From the NCBI GenBank assembly GCA_013239625.1, contig MU054187.1:560001-620000 (forward strand): DNA of 60,000 nt, written 5' to 3'. This stretch comes from Lama guanicoe (taxonomy: Eukaryota). This document shows positions 36,176 to 49,699 of this stretch, piece after piece; position 1 is the stretch's first letter, and every line of letters begins with the position of its first letter. The notes under the pieces were generated by a model that was not told the DNA's origin, did not search any database, and worked only from the letters and a program-made list of their open reading frames with translations. Both the position numbers and the translations under genes were made by a program.

Positions 36176-37483
36176 TTGGCTTGTCCCCGCCCGGGGATGG
36201 TGGGGGCGGTGGTCCACGTGGGGCCGAGGGCGCATGTGCCTGGTGCAGCCACGGCAGCTTCTGGGAGCCAGTGGCCGTTCTAAATAAAGCAGATTCGCTC
36301 AAGGAAAAAAATGAGCTGCAATTGCAGAAAATTTTCCTGAACACACGATTATTGTATTAAGTTCCCCCGGACCATGAGCTCTTATTACGTGAGTCCTTTG
36401 CCCATGTCTGGAACTCTATCTTGTGGTCAAAAAGGGAAAATTTTGCTAAGACGTTGAGGATATATATTGCATATGGGGAGAAAGAGGCCAATTTTTAAGT
36501 GTCTCAAACCACTTGAAAAATCGCTCTTCCTGACCCTGAGAGAGGCAGGAAGCTCGCAGGGCTCTGGCGGAGGCCCCTCGGCCCAGGGCTCCGCTTCACA
36601 CTTGGGCCGGAGGACTTTCGGGCAGGGCCGATGGCGGCCCAGAGGAGGCAGGAGTCCGTGGGGCTGGTGCTCCCTTTGTGAGGCTAATGGCAGGGCCAGC
36701 GGAGCCCCCGCTCCGGGACTGGAAGGGCTGCTCGAGGGAAGGTCTCCAGCTCCGGCTCCTGCAGAGCTCCGTTCCCATGTACTTGCTGGAAACTGTCAGG
36801 AAACCACATTCCTTCTGGGTCCCTGTTGAGCAATGTGATCTCTCCCAGCCGGAATGCTTCCCAGACCACCTCATCAGCAGGCCTGGGAATGGAATGTGAC
36901 CAGGACGGGTGACTCGCTGGGACTTGGGGCTCCGTTCCGTGCTGTGTTTGTAAGACAGGAAAGGAAGGAGTTCTCCTCCTGAGAAGAGTGTGTCGCCCCC
37001 GGCCTGTTTCAAAGGAGTCAAACTCTAATCCGGGGATGAGGGACGCACTTAGAAGACAGTGACATCGATGTCTCTCCGAGGGGCTGGCGTTGGCCTGGAA
37101 TTTCGGTGGATGCACTTGACGTGCGTCAGGGCGTCCACGGGACACTTCCTGTAGCCTCTCTTGGAAACGATGAGACCGAAGGAGATGGACTGTTAGGAGG
37201 AGGGAGATGGTGACCCCTTGTTTGAAAGTTCAGTGGGAGAAGGGGGAGAGGGAGAGAGAAAGAATAATCAGTTTCTGAAAAACGAGGTAGGGGTTTTGAC
37301 TGTTGTATGATCTTGATGAATGATTACTTTATTTTAAACAACGCAGTGAAGCCAGTTTCCGCACTGAGCAAGCCGTCAGGCCTGTCCCACGGCCCCGGCG
37401 GGCGATGCCGGGAGGGTCGCTGGGAGAGGCTCGTGGGCCAGCCTGTGTGTGGTGCTCGTTTGCCTGGGTCTGTGCTGGGCTGG

Positions 37484-37755
37484 NNNNNNNNNNNNNNNNN
37501 NNNNNNNNNNNNNNNNNNNNNNNNNNNNNNNNNNNNNNNNNNNNNNNNNNNNNNNNNNNNNNNNNNNNNNNNNNNNNNNNNNNNNNNNNNNNNNNNNNNN
37601 NNNNNNNNNNNNNNNNNNNNNNNNNNNNNNNNNNNNNNNNNNNNNNNNNNNNNNNNNNNNNNNNNNNNNNNNNNNNNNNNNNNNNNNNNNNNNNNNNNNN
37701 NNNNNNNNNNNNNNNNNNNNNNNNNNNNNNNNNNNNNNNNNNNNNNNNNNNNNNN
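37484..37755. other. Assembly gap (N run)
   Basis: Run of Ns. Confidence 1.
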
Positions 37756-37972
37756 AGGCGGCGTGGGGCTGGGTGGGATGGGAGGAGTGGCGCATTCAAG
37801 GAGCGGTGGCCTTCAAGGTCAGAGATGCCCCGGACTGTCTTTTGGGGCACGTATTTGATCCAACGTCTGTGTAATGTGAGTTACAGCATGTTTCTCCCTG
37901 GACCCAAACCTGTAACTGAAATCACGTTAGCTGTTATAGACCCCTAGGCAGCCCCAGGAGACGTGGAGGGAG

Positions 37973-38110
37973 CCCCGGGGGTCCCGACGCCCTCCCCGGG
38001 GGTCCCGACGCTCTCCCCCAGGGACCCTGACGCCCTCCCCGGGGATCCCTGATGCACTCCCCGGGGGTCCCGACGCCCTCCCGGGGGGTCCCGACTCCCT
38101 CCCCGAGGGG
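37973..38110. repeat. GC-rich 21-22-bp minisatellite (CCCCGGGGGTCCCGACGCCCT), ~6.4 copies
   Basis: Units start at 37973, 37994, 38015, 38037, 38059, 38080 and 38101. Confidence 0.9.
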
Positions 38111-41100
38111 GGGTGTGACGTCACAACGTGCCTCTTGGGGGAATAACTGGAAACACCAGGGTGTCTTTTCAGAGCGACTGCGCCCAGAACATGCGAGAAG
38201 GTGGCAGCAGAGAGGCCGCCTCCACGCACACCGGAGCCACGAGCTGTGTTGCCGCGTCAGATGGGCTCCCTGTTCTTCTGGGTGGCCTGCTGCTTAGAGG
38301 CACACTCGTCTGTCGGTGTCCTGGTCGCCAACGCGCCTTTTCCTCCCTTAGCCCAGGTCCTGTGACGGTGCTTCAGGGCAGGGCTTCTGAGAAGGACTTC
38401 CGAGAAGGCCTTTGTTTTGCTCTCACTCCTGAGTAAGAGCCGGGCACGGTAGAGAGCTTGGGCCGATCACTTCCTCCCAACACCTCGCAGATGCGATGTC
38501 ATGGACCTCCGGCGTCTTGAGGAACACGCTGCGCCTAAGTGTCCCCTCTCTGTGGCTGCTTTGTACAAGTCCTTTCCCCCTTTAGTCCTTAGAACGCGTC
38601 TGGATGTGGATTCATGTTGACCTTCTGGCTGGGACGGTGTGAGAGTCTCCGTCTGCGTGTATTCCTTTGGGTCTGAAAGGTCTCAGGTACTTTCTCTGTC
38701 AGCTGAGCCCCAGCCTCCTCCTCTCAGAGCAGCCAGAGTCCAGGCTGCGGCACGAGGTTGGGCCCCTGTTTTGGGGCCCCCCTCCCCCACACGGTGTTTG
38801 CCCGTGTGTCCCTCCTGGCCTGTAAAGATCCGAGCTGGCGGGGCACAGAGGCTGGGAGGGCCTCTGAGAGAAAGACTGTCACAGCGACGTCAGCCCAGGG
38901 GCTGGTCCGGGGCTGGAATGAAAATGCAGGGGGAAGGTGCACACCAGAGGGGTCCAGACACCCGCCGTTCAGTCCCTAAACCGTCTCCAGCAGCTTCTGG
39001 TGCTGGGGGCTGTCCTGGGAAGCACAGTGGGGAGAATTAAGGATGAGGTGACGTTTCACTCACAGGAGCCCCTGGGTCCTTCACGCCGGCTTTTGCCTCG
39101 GATGCGCCGTATCCGGCGCCAGCGGGGGTGTTGGAGGCAGACGCGCAGATGGGTCGGCACAGCCAGAGGCCCGAGGGCGCGGTGGGGGGGCCTGGGCTGT
39201 CAGACAGCTCCCTGGAGCCACCCCCGGGCCAGGCCTGCGAAGGTGGCCGGGTTCCGCGGGTGACTAGCGCACAACGCTTCCAGCGAGGTGCAAAGGCCAG
39301 GGAAGGGGAAGGTTCCCTTTTTAGAAAAAATAATGGTTTTGAAAAAAAATTTAAAACATGGGGTGTCTAAGTGCTTATGAAACATTCGATAGACACCTAG
39401 AGTTTTACACTTTGGGGCTTCGAGAGGGGAGAGCCGTCTGGGAATCACTGTCCTGAGTGAATGAGGGGACTCGGGTGTGGGGACGCGACGGGGCCCTCGG
39501 TGGGGCAGGGGTCGGGGCAGAGGAGGGGACAGGAGGGGAGGGGATGGGACAGGAGGTTGGCAGAAGCCAGCCAGGCCCAGACCCAGCAGGGGACGAGGCC
39601 CAGGGCTGTCCTGTAATGAGGCCGGGTCCCATGGGTAGACAGGTTGGTCATTAGCCTCAGATGCTGCAAAGGAAAGAGGCAGGAAGACCCCCAGGGGAGT
39701 CCGCTGAAGTGGCTGTGACATACTAAGTTGCTGTGAGCACTGCGCCCTGCTCCTTTCCCACCCCGGGGCGCTCCCTGGAGCCTCCTCACTGACCCGACCT
39801 CCTTGGGTCTCGGCTCTGGCGCCCTCTCTGTGGAGAGGCCGTACCCCACAAGCTTTCCCTGCGGCCCTGCCAGCTCACCCCAGTCCTCCTGTCGGACACT
39901 CTGGTTTTCATTAACTCATCGTCTCTGCCCACCTGCCCCCGGACGGTGAGGCCGTGAGAGTGGACACCCTTTTTGGTCCCGGTCACCGTGGGGCCAGAGC
40001 AGAGAAAACCTACGGTGCCCGGTCCGTGTTCCCCGCGTGAGATGCTCTCCTGGGTCCTCAGGAGGGCGAGCGGGGCCAGCTCCCCAGGGGGCTGGGCACG
40101 CGGGTGGTGGCCCGGCCGGCTCTGCTCCCAGTGTGGGGGGTCCTCTGCTCCCACCCGGCCATCTGCTCACTTCCTTTCTTCTACGGAAGAGAGAGACACA
40201 CTCTTTTTCTTCCAGTGTTTACACATAATAGCCACAGAATTTATTTATCCTATCTGCCTCGAACGACCTAAAAAGCCGCGCAGCTGTTCCCTGGTGCCTT
40301 CCTGGGTTGTGTTACGCTGGCTTTCTTCACCGGGGGCATCTCTGAGTCACACAGCTTGTGTCCTTTCTGCTCTGTGCTGTGCAGATGTGAAAGCACCTAA
40401 AAGTGAGAAAGAGGGGAAGAGGGAAGAAAGAAAGAAACAGGGGAGGGAGGGAGGGTCCAGACTCAAAGCAGCTGCTCTTGTCCCCGCGGAATCGACAGGG
40501 GACTAGGGAGAGAGGTGACGCGTAGGCTCTCCCAAGACTTCCTGCAGAAACGAGGTGGGCGTCACTGTCCAGGTTCCCCGCCACCTGCTCCGGGGGCCGC
40601 AGCTCAGCCCGAGCTCCCGAGTCCTCACTCCGACTTCGTCGCCCCCCAGGGTGTCCCTCGGGAGCTGCTGAATTTACCGTGGAGTCAGAGGGAGGTTTGT
40701 CCCCAAAGGTTCCCCCAGCTCGGAGAAGCTTTGCTTTACTTCCAAGGGCAGTGTCTTCAACCAGCCTCCTGCTTCTCGGGGACCCCCCTTGTGCCCCCCA
40801 ACGTCCGCTGAGCTGGCCCCTGACACCAGCCCCACCCAGACCGTGGCTCCGACACTGACCTCAGAGGGGCTCTCGTTCCCTCTGCAGAGGGTCACGGGGT
40901 GGGGGGGGGCATGAGACCCCTGGCGTCTTGCAGGACTTGCAGGACGGGAGACAGCAGGCCGTGTGTCTGTCCGTGAGGCACGTGCTGGTTTGGCGGGGTC
41001 AGGCGGGGTTCTCTGGCTCGTCAAGGAATCTGGTGGAACACGGTAGTTTGTGCGGCTGAAAGTCTCCATGAATCTGGAGAAAAACCAAAGCCCGCCCCAT

Positions 41101-43064
41101 TTCAGGACTCCAGGAGCACAGGCTCCCAGGAAGGAGAACAGCGGACGACGCAGCTCCTTGGCTCCCGGGGAGAATCCGCGTCAAGGCCGTCTGCGCGCTC
41201 TCCCCCGGCATGGTCGCTGGCGAGCACATCTCGAGTCCTTTCGGCCAGAGAGCGCCAGGGCCTTTCCAGTGCTGTTTTTGGGAGAAACAGCACAGTCGGG
41301 TGGGACCTGAGAGTCCGTCCTCGGGGGGCACGTCCAGCGTCGAGTCTCCCCTTCACCCCTCCCCACTTGCTAAACAGCCCAAGAAATTTTAAAAAGAAAT
41401 CTGGGGAATTCACAAAGGAATAGTTGCTCTTTGTGTACGGCTTCAAATGTGCCTTCACCGCCCCGGGAGTCTGCTCAGAACCATCTTCATCAGAAGCACA
41501 CGGACTTGTGGACGACAGGAGGGCGAGGACCGTGTCGCCTGCTTGGAGACGAAACAGTTCACCCTGTCCACTCCCTGGCCCCTGGGGCGGCGCGGGGCCC
41601 GGGTTTCCTGGGAGAAGGGCGTCACCGCGGAAACGAGGGCCTGGGACGCGGGAGAGGCCGAGATGAGCGTGGAACGGGGAACCGCCGTGCGAAGCTCGGG
41701 TCTCGAGTCCCATCAAAGGAGAACACTGGCGTTAGGGAGCGCCGAGCCCCCTGCAGCCTGCGTTCACTCTGGCCAACACCAGCCCCCTTCTCTGCGAAGA
41801 CTGGAGGAACCTAGGACTCCCCAGCCGAGGGCTGCGGGGCCCCGTCCGACGGCCCGGCCTCACCGGGCATGCCGCCTTCGTTAGTAGCTCATGAAGTGGC
41901 TTCTCTGTCATCCAGTATTTTCAGTTCATGGTCCTTGAATGTGAAGTATGTTTTAATACAATTCTAGGCTCAAATTCCACGTATATGTTCTCAGTCAGCA
42001 ATGAAAGGATTGGGGTCTCCGTCGAGCTGGTTGTGAACAAGAATGTCCTTTACTGCACTTTTGAGAACACTACTTCTCTCTCTCCTGAAGGGTGGCGATT
42101 GAGAAGTCCCAGAACTCACCTGCTGTCTCGTTGACCCGACTCCGAAGTCCGCAGAAGTGCCACTGTGCACTGCTGAGAAGTTCTACACGTGGCCCCACCT
42201 CGTCCCACTGGCCGCCTGGCTCCCCGCAGCTTGGGCGCCGTCTCCTTCCAGATGAGGTGGTGCGTTAGGGAGAGACTAAAATGGTTTTCCTGGAGCCGCT
42301 CAATGGGAGCTTTGCCGCTGAGATTTCTGTTTCGTTTCACGCATTTCAAGCCCAAGGAGTGCCCACACCCCCAGCGCACGGACGCTGGTGTGAAGACGGG
42401 CTGTCTGCAGTCCTTCAGGGATGCCCTCTGAGTTCGTGGCGGCTGTGCTTTAGTTACCAAGCAGTAGAGAGGTCAGTGGACAGGAGCTGCTGGTGACAAG
42501 GAGGCCGATTCTGCTCGTGCGACACCCCGTGTCCTGGCCGTTGGCCCCACGCTGCGCAGCTCCTGCCGGCTTGGACATCCGCGGGAGCGACCACACTTCC
42601 ACTTCGGGGGCTGGGGTCAGGGAAGCTGGCCTCTGACCTGTGCGACAGCACAGGGTGTCACCAGGAGGCCCTGGGGGTGTGACATCACAGACAGTCTGGG
42701 GGAGCTGACAAGGCAGTGGTGCAGGCGCTTGGGGGGCGGGGCCCTGGTTCAGGAGCCCCAGCTGGCTGTGTGCTGGGGACACCAGGCTCGCCCGCTCCTG
42801 TCCCAGCCTCCCTCCTCTCGTGAGCACAGCAAGGTGCCAGGCCAACCCCGGCCTTGGAGATGTCCCCCAGGACCCCAGGGCTAAGTGTGGGAGAGCCGGG
42901 TCCTGGCCGGGCAGGGGTCCCGTGGAGGTGGCTGGACGGGGGAGGGTGGGCTGGCCACGGGCGACATGCCTGGGAAGCCAGGGGTCACCCCGCACTGTGG
43001 GTGTCGCCAGTACCCGTTGTCCGCAGGTATCGGAAGCGCCACCTGTGGAGCCAGGACTCTGCCC

Positions 43065-43268
43065 GTCCCTCCTATTCCTGTCTGCATGGCGCTTCTCCCC
43101 TCCAGCCCCGTACAACTGTGCTGTGTGCCTTCATTTATCCGTTGTCCCCCAGCCCCTCCACCAAGACGCACGCTCTGTACTCATCGTGAGAGACGTTTTC
43201 TGTTTTCTTTGACGCTCAGACCGGCACCCCGTCCAGAGCAAGTACTCAACAGGTGTTTACTAAATTCA
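43065..43268 (+). mobile_element. L2 3'-end fragment
   Basis: TTCATTTATCCGTTGTCCCCC...TTTTCTGTTTTCTTTGACGCT...CCAGAGCAAGTACTCAACAGGTGTTTACTAAAT. Confidence 0.55.
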
Positions 43269-44571
43269 GGTGGTTTTGAGGATCACCGAACACGCAGAGG
43301 TGGAGTGCAGCAGCACACTGAGCATCTGAACGTCTAAGTTCGGGATGTGAATCCTCCGGGAAGTGTCTTTGAGCCTGGAAGTGAAAAGGGGCTCAGAGTC
43401 TGAAGTCCAAGGAAAAACGTGTGCACGAAACCAGCGCGGCTCGTCCCACGTCAGGGGTGGGCCGACGTCTCAAACCAGGTGGTCCTGTTTTCTGTCTGCT
43501 CCAGACTGGGGGCTTCCCGGCAGAGGGATGTCCCGACACGCAGGACGGGCAGGGAGCGTCTGCCTGTGACCTGGTCTCTTGGGGCCGGCTGGCGGTCCTG
43601 CGGACGAGATGGAGGGAGGTGGGTGTCCCCGGGGAAGACCCCACCTGGACGGGACGTGGGGTCAGCTCCCTTCCGGGGGGTCACTCGGCTGTTTCTTCGT
43701 TGCTGCTGATTCTGTTGATGGGGCTCATTTTGTCCTGCAGAGGAAAGTCCCGCATGAATGTGTGCCTTTGAGAATACTCTGGTGTATCCACACCTGCACG
43801 AAGTTCCTCAGACAGGACCTGCGGGTGACTTCTTGTTTATGGACAATCGCATTAGGGACACGGGTGTCTTCCCAAATGAGACCCACAGATGTGGCTCTTG
43901 TACACGAGGCTGTGAGTGTCTGGGGCTCCCACAGCTGCTCCCAGTTGTAGGTGCTCTTGTGTGAGAACTTGGAGAGAAACGCTGCACAGAGACCAGGGTG
44001 TTTGGACCACGCTCCTACCGCATGACCTAACAGTGCAGTGGCGGATTTCATGGCCCATCAGGAGGTGTCGAGAGCATCAAAAATGTGCGTACTCTGCCTT
44101 AGGCATTGCGAGCTGCGGGCAAAGTTGGAAAGGCAGGTGGAACCGGAGGCGCGGCCCGAGGCAAGTCAGGAATCACTGTGCACGGCCTGTGGCCCGACTC
44201 GGTGCCGACAGGTCGGTTCTTGGGTCTCCTAACCCCACTGTCCTGAGCATCGACCTCACCCGTGGTTCCATGTGTGTGAGTGGGGAGGGCGGTACGTTCT
44301 GTGACCGCGACACAGGGCGACTGCAAGCAGAGAGGCTGGAGAGCGACTGGGCACTCGGGCGATGGTTATTCACGCTTTGTTCCTTGGGTTTTGGCTCAAA
44401 GCACCTCCTCAGCTTTGGTTCGGTTGTGGCGACCACCCCGGGGGGCCCACATCTCACGGGGGAGGGGTCTCACTCCCAAGGTCAGCGTGTCCGAAGGTCA
44501 GTGTGGTGGGACACGCACTTGGAACTTGCCCCTCAGCTCCTCTCTGAACTCTTCCTTCTCAAAACATAGGC

Positions 44572-45125
44572 TTCAGGTGGTACTTGCTTTCTCTGCCTGA
44601 CTTACTTCACTTAGTGTGACGACCTCCAGGCCCATCCATGCTGCTGCAAATGGCGCTATTTCGCTGCTTTTTCAAGGCCGCGTGGCTTCCCACGTGTGTA
44701 CATGCACACATAGGCGGCTGCCGCGTCTCGGCTAGTGCTGCTGTGAACACTGGGGCGCAGGTGTCTTTTCAAATTAGCGTTTTCTCTGGACACGTCGCTG
44801 AGATGTGGAATCTTAAAAGAAGATACAAATTTTGTTTCCAAACTACAGATAGACTCATGGACACAGAAAGCAAACTGTGGCTGCTGAGGGGAAGGGTGGG
44901 GGGGGGGATAAATCAGGAGTCTGGGATTAGCAGATACACACTCCTACGTATAACAGATAAACCACAAGGTCCTACTGTACAGCACGGGGACCTATGTTCA
45001 ATACCTTGTAATGAGCTGTAATGGAAAAGAATCTGAAAAAACATGTATGTAAGTATGTTTACGTGTAACTGAGTCACTTTGCTGTACACCCGACACTAGC
45101 GCTTAAGTGACCCACTTCAACAGAA
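44572..45125. mobile_element. 5'-inverted (twin-primed) L1: antisense part ~44572-44793, sense 3' end ~44794-45125
   Basis: The left part reads antisense (TTTCTCTGCCTGACTTACTTCACTTAG). The right part reads sense (ATGTGGAATCTTAAAA...CAGATAGACTCATGGACACAGAAAGCAAAC...TAACTGAGTCACTTTGCTGTACACC). Confidence 0.85.
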
Positions 45126-45548
45126 ACAGGAGCGAATAAATCCCTACGGTGGGACTCCAGGGCCACCCCGTCTGAAGGACACAGCGTACTCTCGGGGCCC
45201 CGTTGGCTGAAGGGCTGTGCACGTGGTCTGACAAGCGGCTGATGCACTGGCTGTGCAGGGACCCTGCCCCTCTGCAGCAGGTGGGCGCTGTCTCAGTGCT
45301 GTGTGTAAACGCACATGACCCTCGCCTGTGTCGCAGAAGAGGACGCAATCAGTCACTGGGGCTGTGCTGTGGTTTCTGTCCGTCCTGCCTGGCTCCTCCG
45401 GCGCCCAGAGCCTGTCTACAGGGCCAACCTGAGCCCCCCTCCCACTCCGGGCAGCATTAGGACGACCTAGGGGCGAGGAGGCAGGTCCCCTGGAGAGTCC
45501 AAGGGCCACCCAGGGCCCCTGTGCCTCAGCCGATGCCCTGGACTTGGG

Positions 45549-45792
45549 ATGTGTGTGTGAGAGTGTCTGTGTCTGCGTTTGTGTCCGTGTGTCTGTGTGT
45601 GTCAGTGTGTCCATGCATGTCCACACGTGTCCACGTGTGTCTGTCTGCGTCCATGTGTGTATGTATGTCTCTGTGTCCATGCGTGTGTGTGTGTCCATAC
45701 ATGTCCGTGTGTGTGTCCGCGTGTGTCCATGCGTGTGTGTCTGTGTGTCCGTGCGTGTCCATGCGTGTCTGTGTGACCACGTGCGTGTGTGG
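45549..45792. repeat. Compound TG-rich simple repeat (TG)n/(GTGTCCAT/GCGT)n
   Basis: Read directly from the sequence. Confidence 0.9.
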
Positions 45793-47512
45793 CTTGTTCG
45801 CGGCTGTGTCGATCCCGGGCGGCCTTCCAGCATCATCTGGGGCCCGGCGCAGAGGCGGTCAGTCGGGAGTCTCGCTGCACCACCGCTGGGAGCGAGCGCT
45901 GCTTTGTGGCGCTTGTTTCAGATGGGCTTTGTTTCGAATGTACAAGTTCATTCAAATCCAGTCATCACGGCAAAAGTCATGGGTCGTGACGTCATTCGGA
46001 TTGAAACCCAAACAGGGCCGTGCGGGAGCTTCCTGCCAGGTCTCCTCCTGGCTCCAGGAGGCCCCCTCCCCCCAGCCTTCAGGTGGGCTCTGGGAGCCAG
46101 GCCCCAGGCCGTGCTGACCCGCCTCAGGCCGCAAGCCTCCCACAACAGGCTTTCCTTCCTCAGCTGCCTGGTGCCCGTGGTGACTAGTCTCGCTGATACC
46201 CGGAGTTTGCTTTCACATTCACATCGCCGCCTGCGTTGTAGGGGGCGGAGGAGGGAAGGGGGCAGAGCTACCTGCACATGGTTTTAGAGGCTCTCAGACC
46301 AGGAGGGACGGTCCCTTCTGGTGGCCCCGACTGCCGGCAGCCGCTGTGGTGTGACGTGACGTCCCCTGGCCTCCTGGCAGACCCCACACCTCTCCCCATC
46401 CCGGGGGCAGGTGGAGGCCGGCAGAAGGCTGCACTTGGGTCTCTTTGCGGGGGCGGCAACCAGAGCCTCGGTCTTGTTACAGGAGGCGATGTTGAACCCT
46501 GGGGACGCAAGGGCAGGCACCTCACCCCGCATCCCGCCAGCCCGAGTCTGCAGCCCTGCCGGCACCCTCGCGGCCTCTGCAGACGGGACAGACGACTGCG
46601 CTGTTGCTTAATCAGGGCCACCCCGCTCCCCCTCCTGCCCTGTTCCTGCATCAGCGCCTCTTCCCGCTGAGGGGATGGTGCTCACCCTTCCAGAAAGCCC
46701 TTATCTCCTGAGTAGTCACTGGGCCCCGGTTACGTACCACACATCCCGGATATGCTGGGAGGCCTGGACTCCTCAGTCCAGTACGGCAGCTGCACAGACT
46801 CACTCATCAAATGCGTGTTCACTCCCTCACACTCCCCCACTGGTGTCAGCCACGCTGTCAGGAGCTGTGACGGATTCCATGACCCAGAGCTCTGGGTACC
46901 AGCCGTCCGTCGGTGATCCTGGTGTGATGCACTCGCCACCTGGGAGGCCTGAGCGGAGTCCAGTGAGGGGCCTATTTTCTGAGCTGGGCCGGACAGGGGA
47001 GCACAGGGTCCTGGAGGTGGGGAGGTGGGGCTCAGCCTACAGCCCCTCGTGCCAGCTGGGGGACAAGAGCCCAGCTCCGGGAGTGAGGGGAGAGGGTGGT
47101 GCGTTCGTGAGGGCACTGGGTCAAGGTGGTGGGGGTGGGGGTGACAGGCCTGGAGATGCACTCGTGGTGCCGTCCTGCGTGGTGACCAGTGACCGAGGAG
47201 CAGAGGAGGGGGCCTGGCTGAGGGGACGGAGCCGGGGACAGGGAATAATCTGCAGGTGTCCATGGAGAGAGTGTGAGTCTGAAGTGCCCCCAAGACCCCG
47301 GGAGAGACGGCAGCTTGGACCCTGGGAGGGAAGACAGGTGCTCACTGACAGGTGCGTGTGGGATGCGGGGGCCCCTGGGGAAGGCAGTAGACACATTTAT
47401 GTACCAGAGACCAGGGAGGAGGTTAAGCCTCCATCTGGGAGTCAGGTTCTGTGGGATGAACGGCCTCCAGAACAAGATCTTGGCAGAGCTGCCTCCACAG
47501 GAGGGAGACAGA

Positions 47513-47610
47513 GGACAGAGTCCTCCCCCCACAAGGTCACAGAGTCACCCCCCTGGGTCACAGCATCCATTCAAGGACACAGAGTCCCCCCAGGACACAG
47601 ATCCTCCCAC
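47513..47610. repeat. Degenerate ~18-22-bp tandem repeat (GG[A/T]CACAGAGTCCCCC), ~5 copies
   Basis: Units start near 47513, 47535, 47556, 47575 and 47593. Confidence 0.65.
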
Positions 47611-49699
47611 CTCCCACCCCTGGCAGGCCCCCACGGACGAGCAGGTGGGCTCTGGCCTCAGAGACACTCAAGGCTAAGGACACAAAACATAAAGCTGAGT
47701 GAAGGGGCCAAGGCTCCGGGCGATTAGGCTGCGGGGGGTGGGGGGGGTGCCGGACAGGCCACGGGTCTCAAGCGCGGGCAGGGCCTGCCGCCCAGAGGTC
47801 TGTGACGGATCAGCGCAGGAGCAGCGAGAGGAGTGAGCGACACGGCTCAGCGGCCACGGCCTGTGCTGGGGGAGAGCAGCTTCGGTGGACGTGGGGCCAG
47901 GAGGGCGGAGTGAGCGGGGCCTGGCCAGGGGGTCGTGCCTTTCCCACGGTGGTGAGAATGTCTTGTTGCAGCTGGAATAAAGCTCCGTAATCAAAGGGAA
48001 ATGTCAAGATCACAGCTTTGAGTTTAAAGTCTTCAGTGAAAACTGTCACACAGATAACTGCGGAAGAGGACCATGTGAGGAGAGCAGAGGCCGGGGTCTC
48101 AGCCGTGGGTCGGATGGCTGTTGGGCAGGAGGGGAGCACGAGGCACAGAAGGAAGGGACGGGCCTGTCCGGAGTGGGGTTGGCCCGAGACAGGGGTAGGG
48201 TGGTGGCTAGCTTCACACAGAGAGAAGCAAAGGAGAAATAATCTGAGCTGGAGCAGGCTCGCCAGCAAAAGCATGGTGTTATTTTTGAGTCTTCAGTTCA
48301 GAGGGGACACGGTCATTGGCTGGCGGCCCTGTGCTGGGCGAAGCTGGCGGCAGACGAGGCCCAGCTGATGAGGATTCTCCTGTCAGGCTCTCGCTGTCAC
48401 CTTCCACTGATGGACGGACATCGAGGCTCTGTGTTAGGAAGGGAAAGTCCTTCCAGATCAAGAGTGTTTCCTAGTTTCTGTCTCTGGAGGCCCAGATGCA
48501 AGCAACGTTCGGGGTGATCTCTGGGAGCCTCGAACGCACACACGGGGGCTGTTTTGAGCTCAGGGGGAGAGCATGTTCTTGACGATTCTGTGAGAATTCT
48601 TGTATGGTTTAATGTTATTTTAAAATAGTGTTTGTGGTTTAATCATTTTTTCGAGATCTTGCTACTAGATTTTAAAAATCTGCTGCTACGAGCCAAGATA
48701 ATTTGCTCCTATAATTGTTTTTGAAATAGATCTCAGGCAAGACATTTTGTGCCGGTAAAGCTGAGCAGTTCATCTGCTGACTTGTGGCCAGACACCAAGA
48801 AGGACCCCGGCTGATGAGCAAAGTTGTTCCCTTGCCAGGGATCCGGGCTGGGGCCCATGTGGCTGTCCTCATGACTCAGAGGAGGTGGGACTGAAGGCTT
48901 GTGGGCGGCGGGGACTGGCGGGGCGCCGGCTCTCTGCTGCTGAGATAAGCAGTTCGGCAACATGCGCCCCCAATCCCCATCAGGGAGGCGCCCAGCTTCC
49001 TCTCCAGCGCCCCCCTCCCCCGCCCCTCTGGAGGCTCTTCCCTGGAAGGAGCGAGGTCCACCTTGGGCATCTGTCTGCAACCTTAGCACTGGGGCCACCC
49101 TAACTCCTCACTGTCCTGTAAAATTTGAAACAGGGGCAGTAAAGGTTCTGAAGGAGACTGGGAGACTCATCGAGAGCCATTCTAGTTTGTGCTGTTACTG
49201 TTCTCCGAGGCTTAAATCTGGCAAAAAGCAGGGGGAAAAAAGATTTCAATCAGCATCACCATAAAATTGGAAACAGTTTTCAGCAAGCAGGGCCACAGTC
49301 TGCATGAAGCTGGTGGCTGGAGGGACTTGGGATAAAAGAAACGAGTTTCTGTCTTCTTTTTATTATAACTGGGGCAGCAACGGCCGTGCAGGCGGCTGGC
49401 GATCAGAAATAAATGTAGAACTTGGATTTTGCACAACTGGGTCCTGCTCCAAAGCACGCCGACTGCCCAGTGGCCGAGCCGAGCTCTGCAGGCACAGCCC
49501 AGAGGCGCGGCATGGGGACCGCAGGGTCCCACCAAGGCTACACTGGGATTTGCGGGTTTGCGGGTCCCCCTGATTAGCAGGCTGCCTCTGTCCTGCTGCA
49601 CCGTTCCGTTCCGGGAACGCCACAAAAGCACATGTAGGTTCTTTAATTTTTTTCCCTGGGGCATTTTATTCTTTTATTCCTTCTGCTCCCCCCTTCTTG

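Noticed and set aside
37973..38110. Repeat array considered as CRISPR-like
   Set aside because: Head-to-tail units without unique spacers, no cas genes, and a mammalian context.
45144..46287. Cys/Val- and His/Thr-rich ORFs
   Set aside because: These are translations of the TG-rich simple repeat.
46675..47727. 350-aa plus-strand ORF
   Set aside because: Low-complexity G/S/P/R composition with no family motif, and partly extended by a degenerate tandem repeat.
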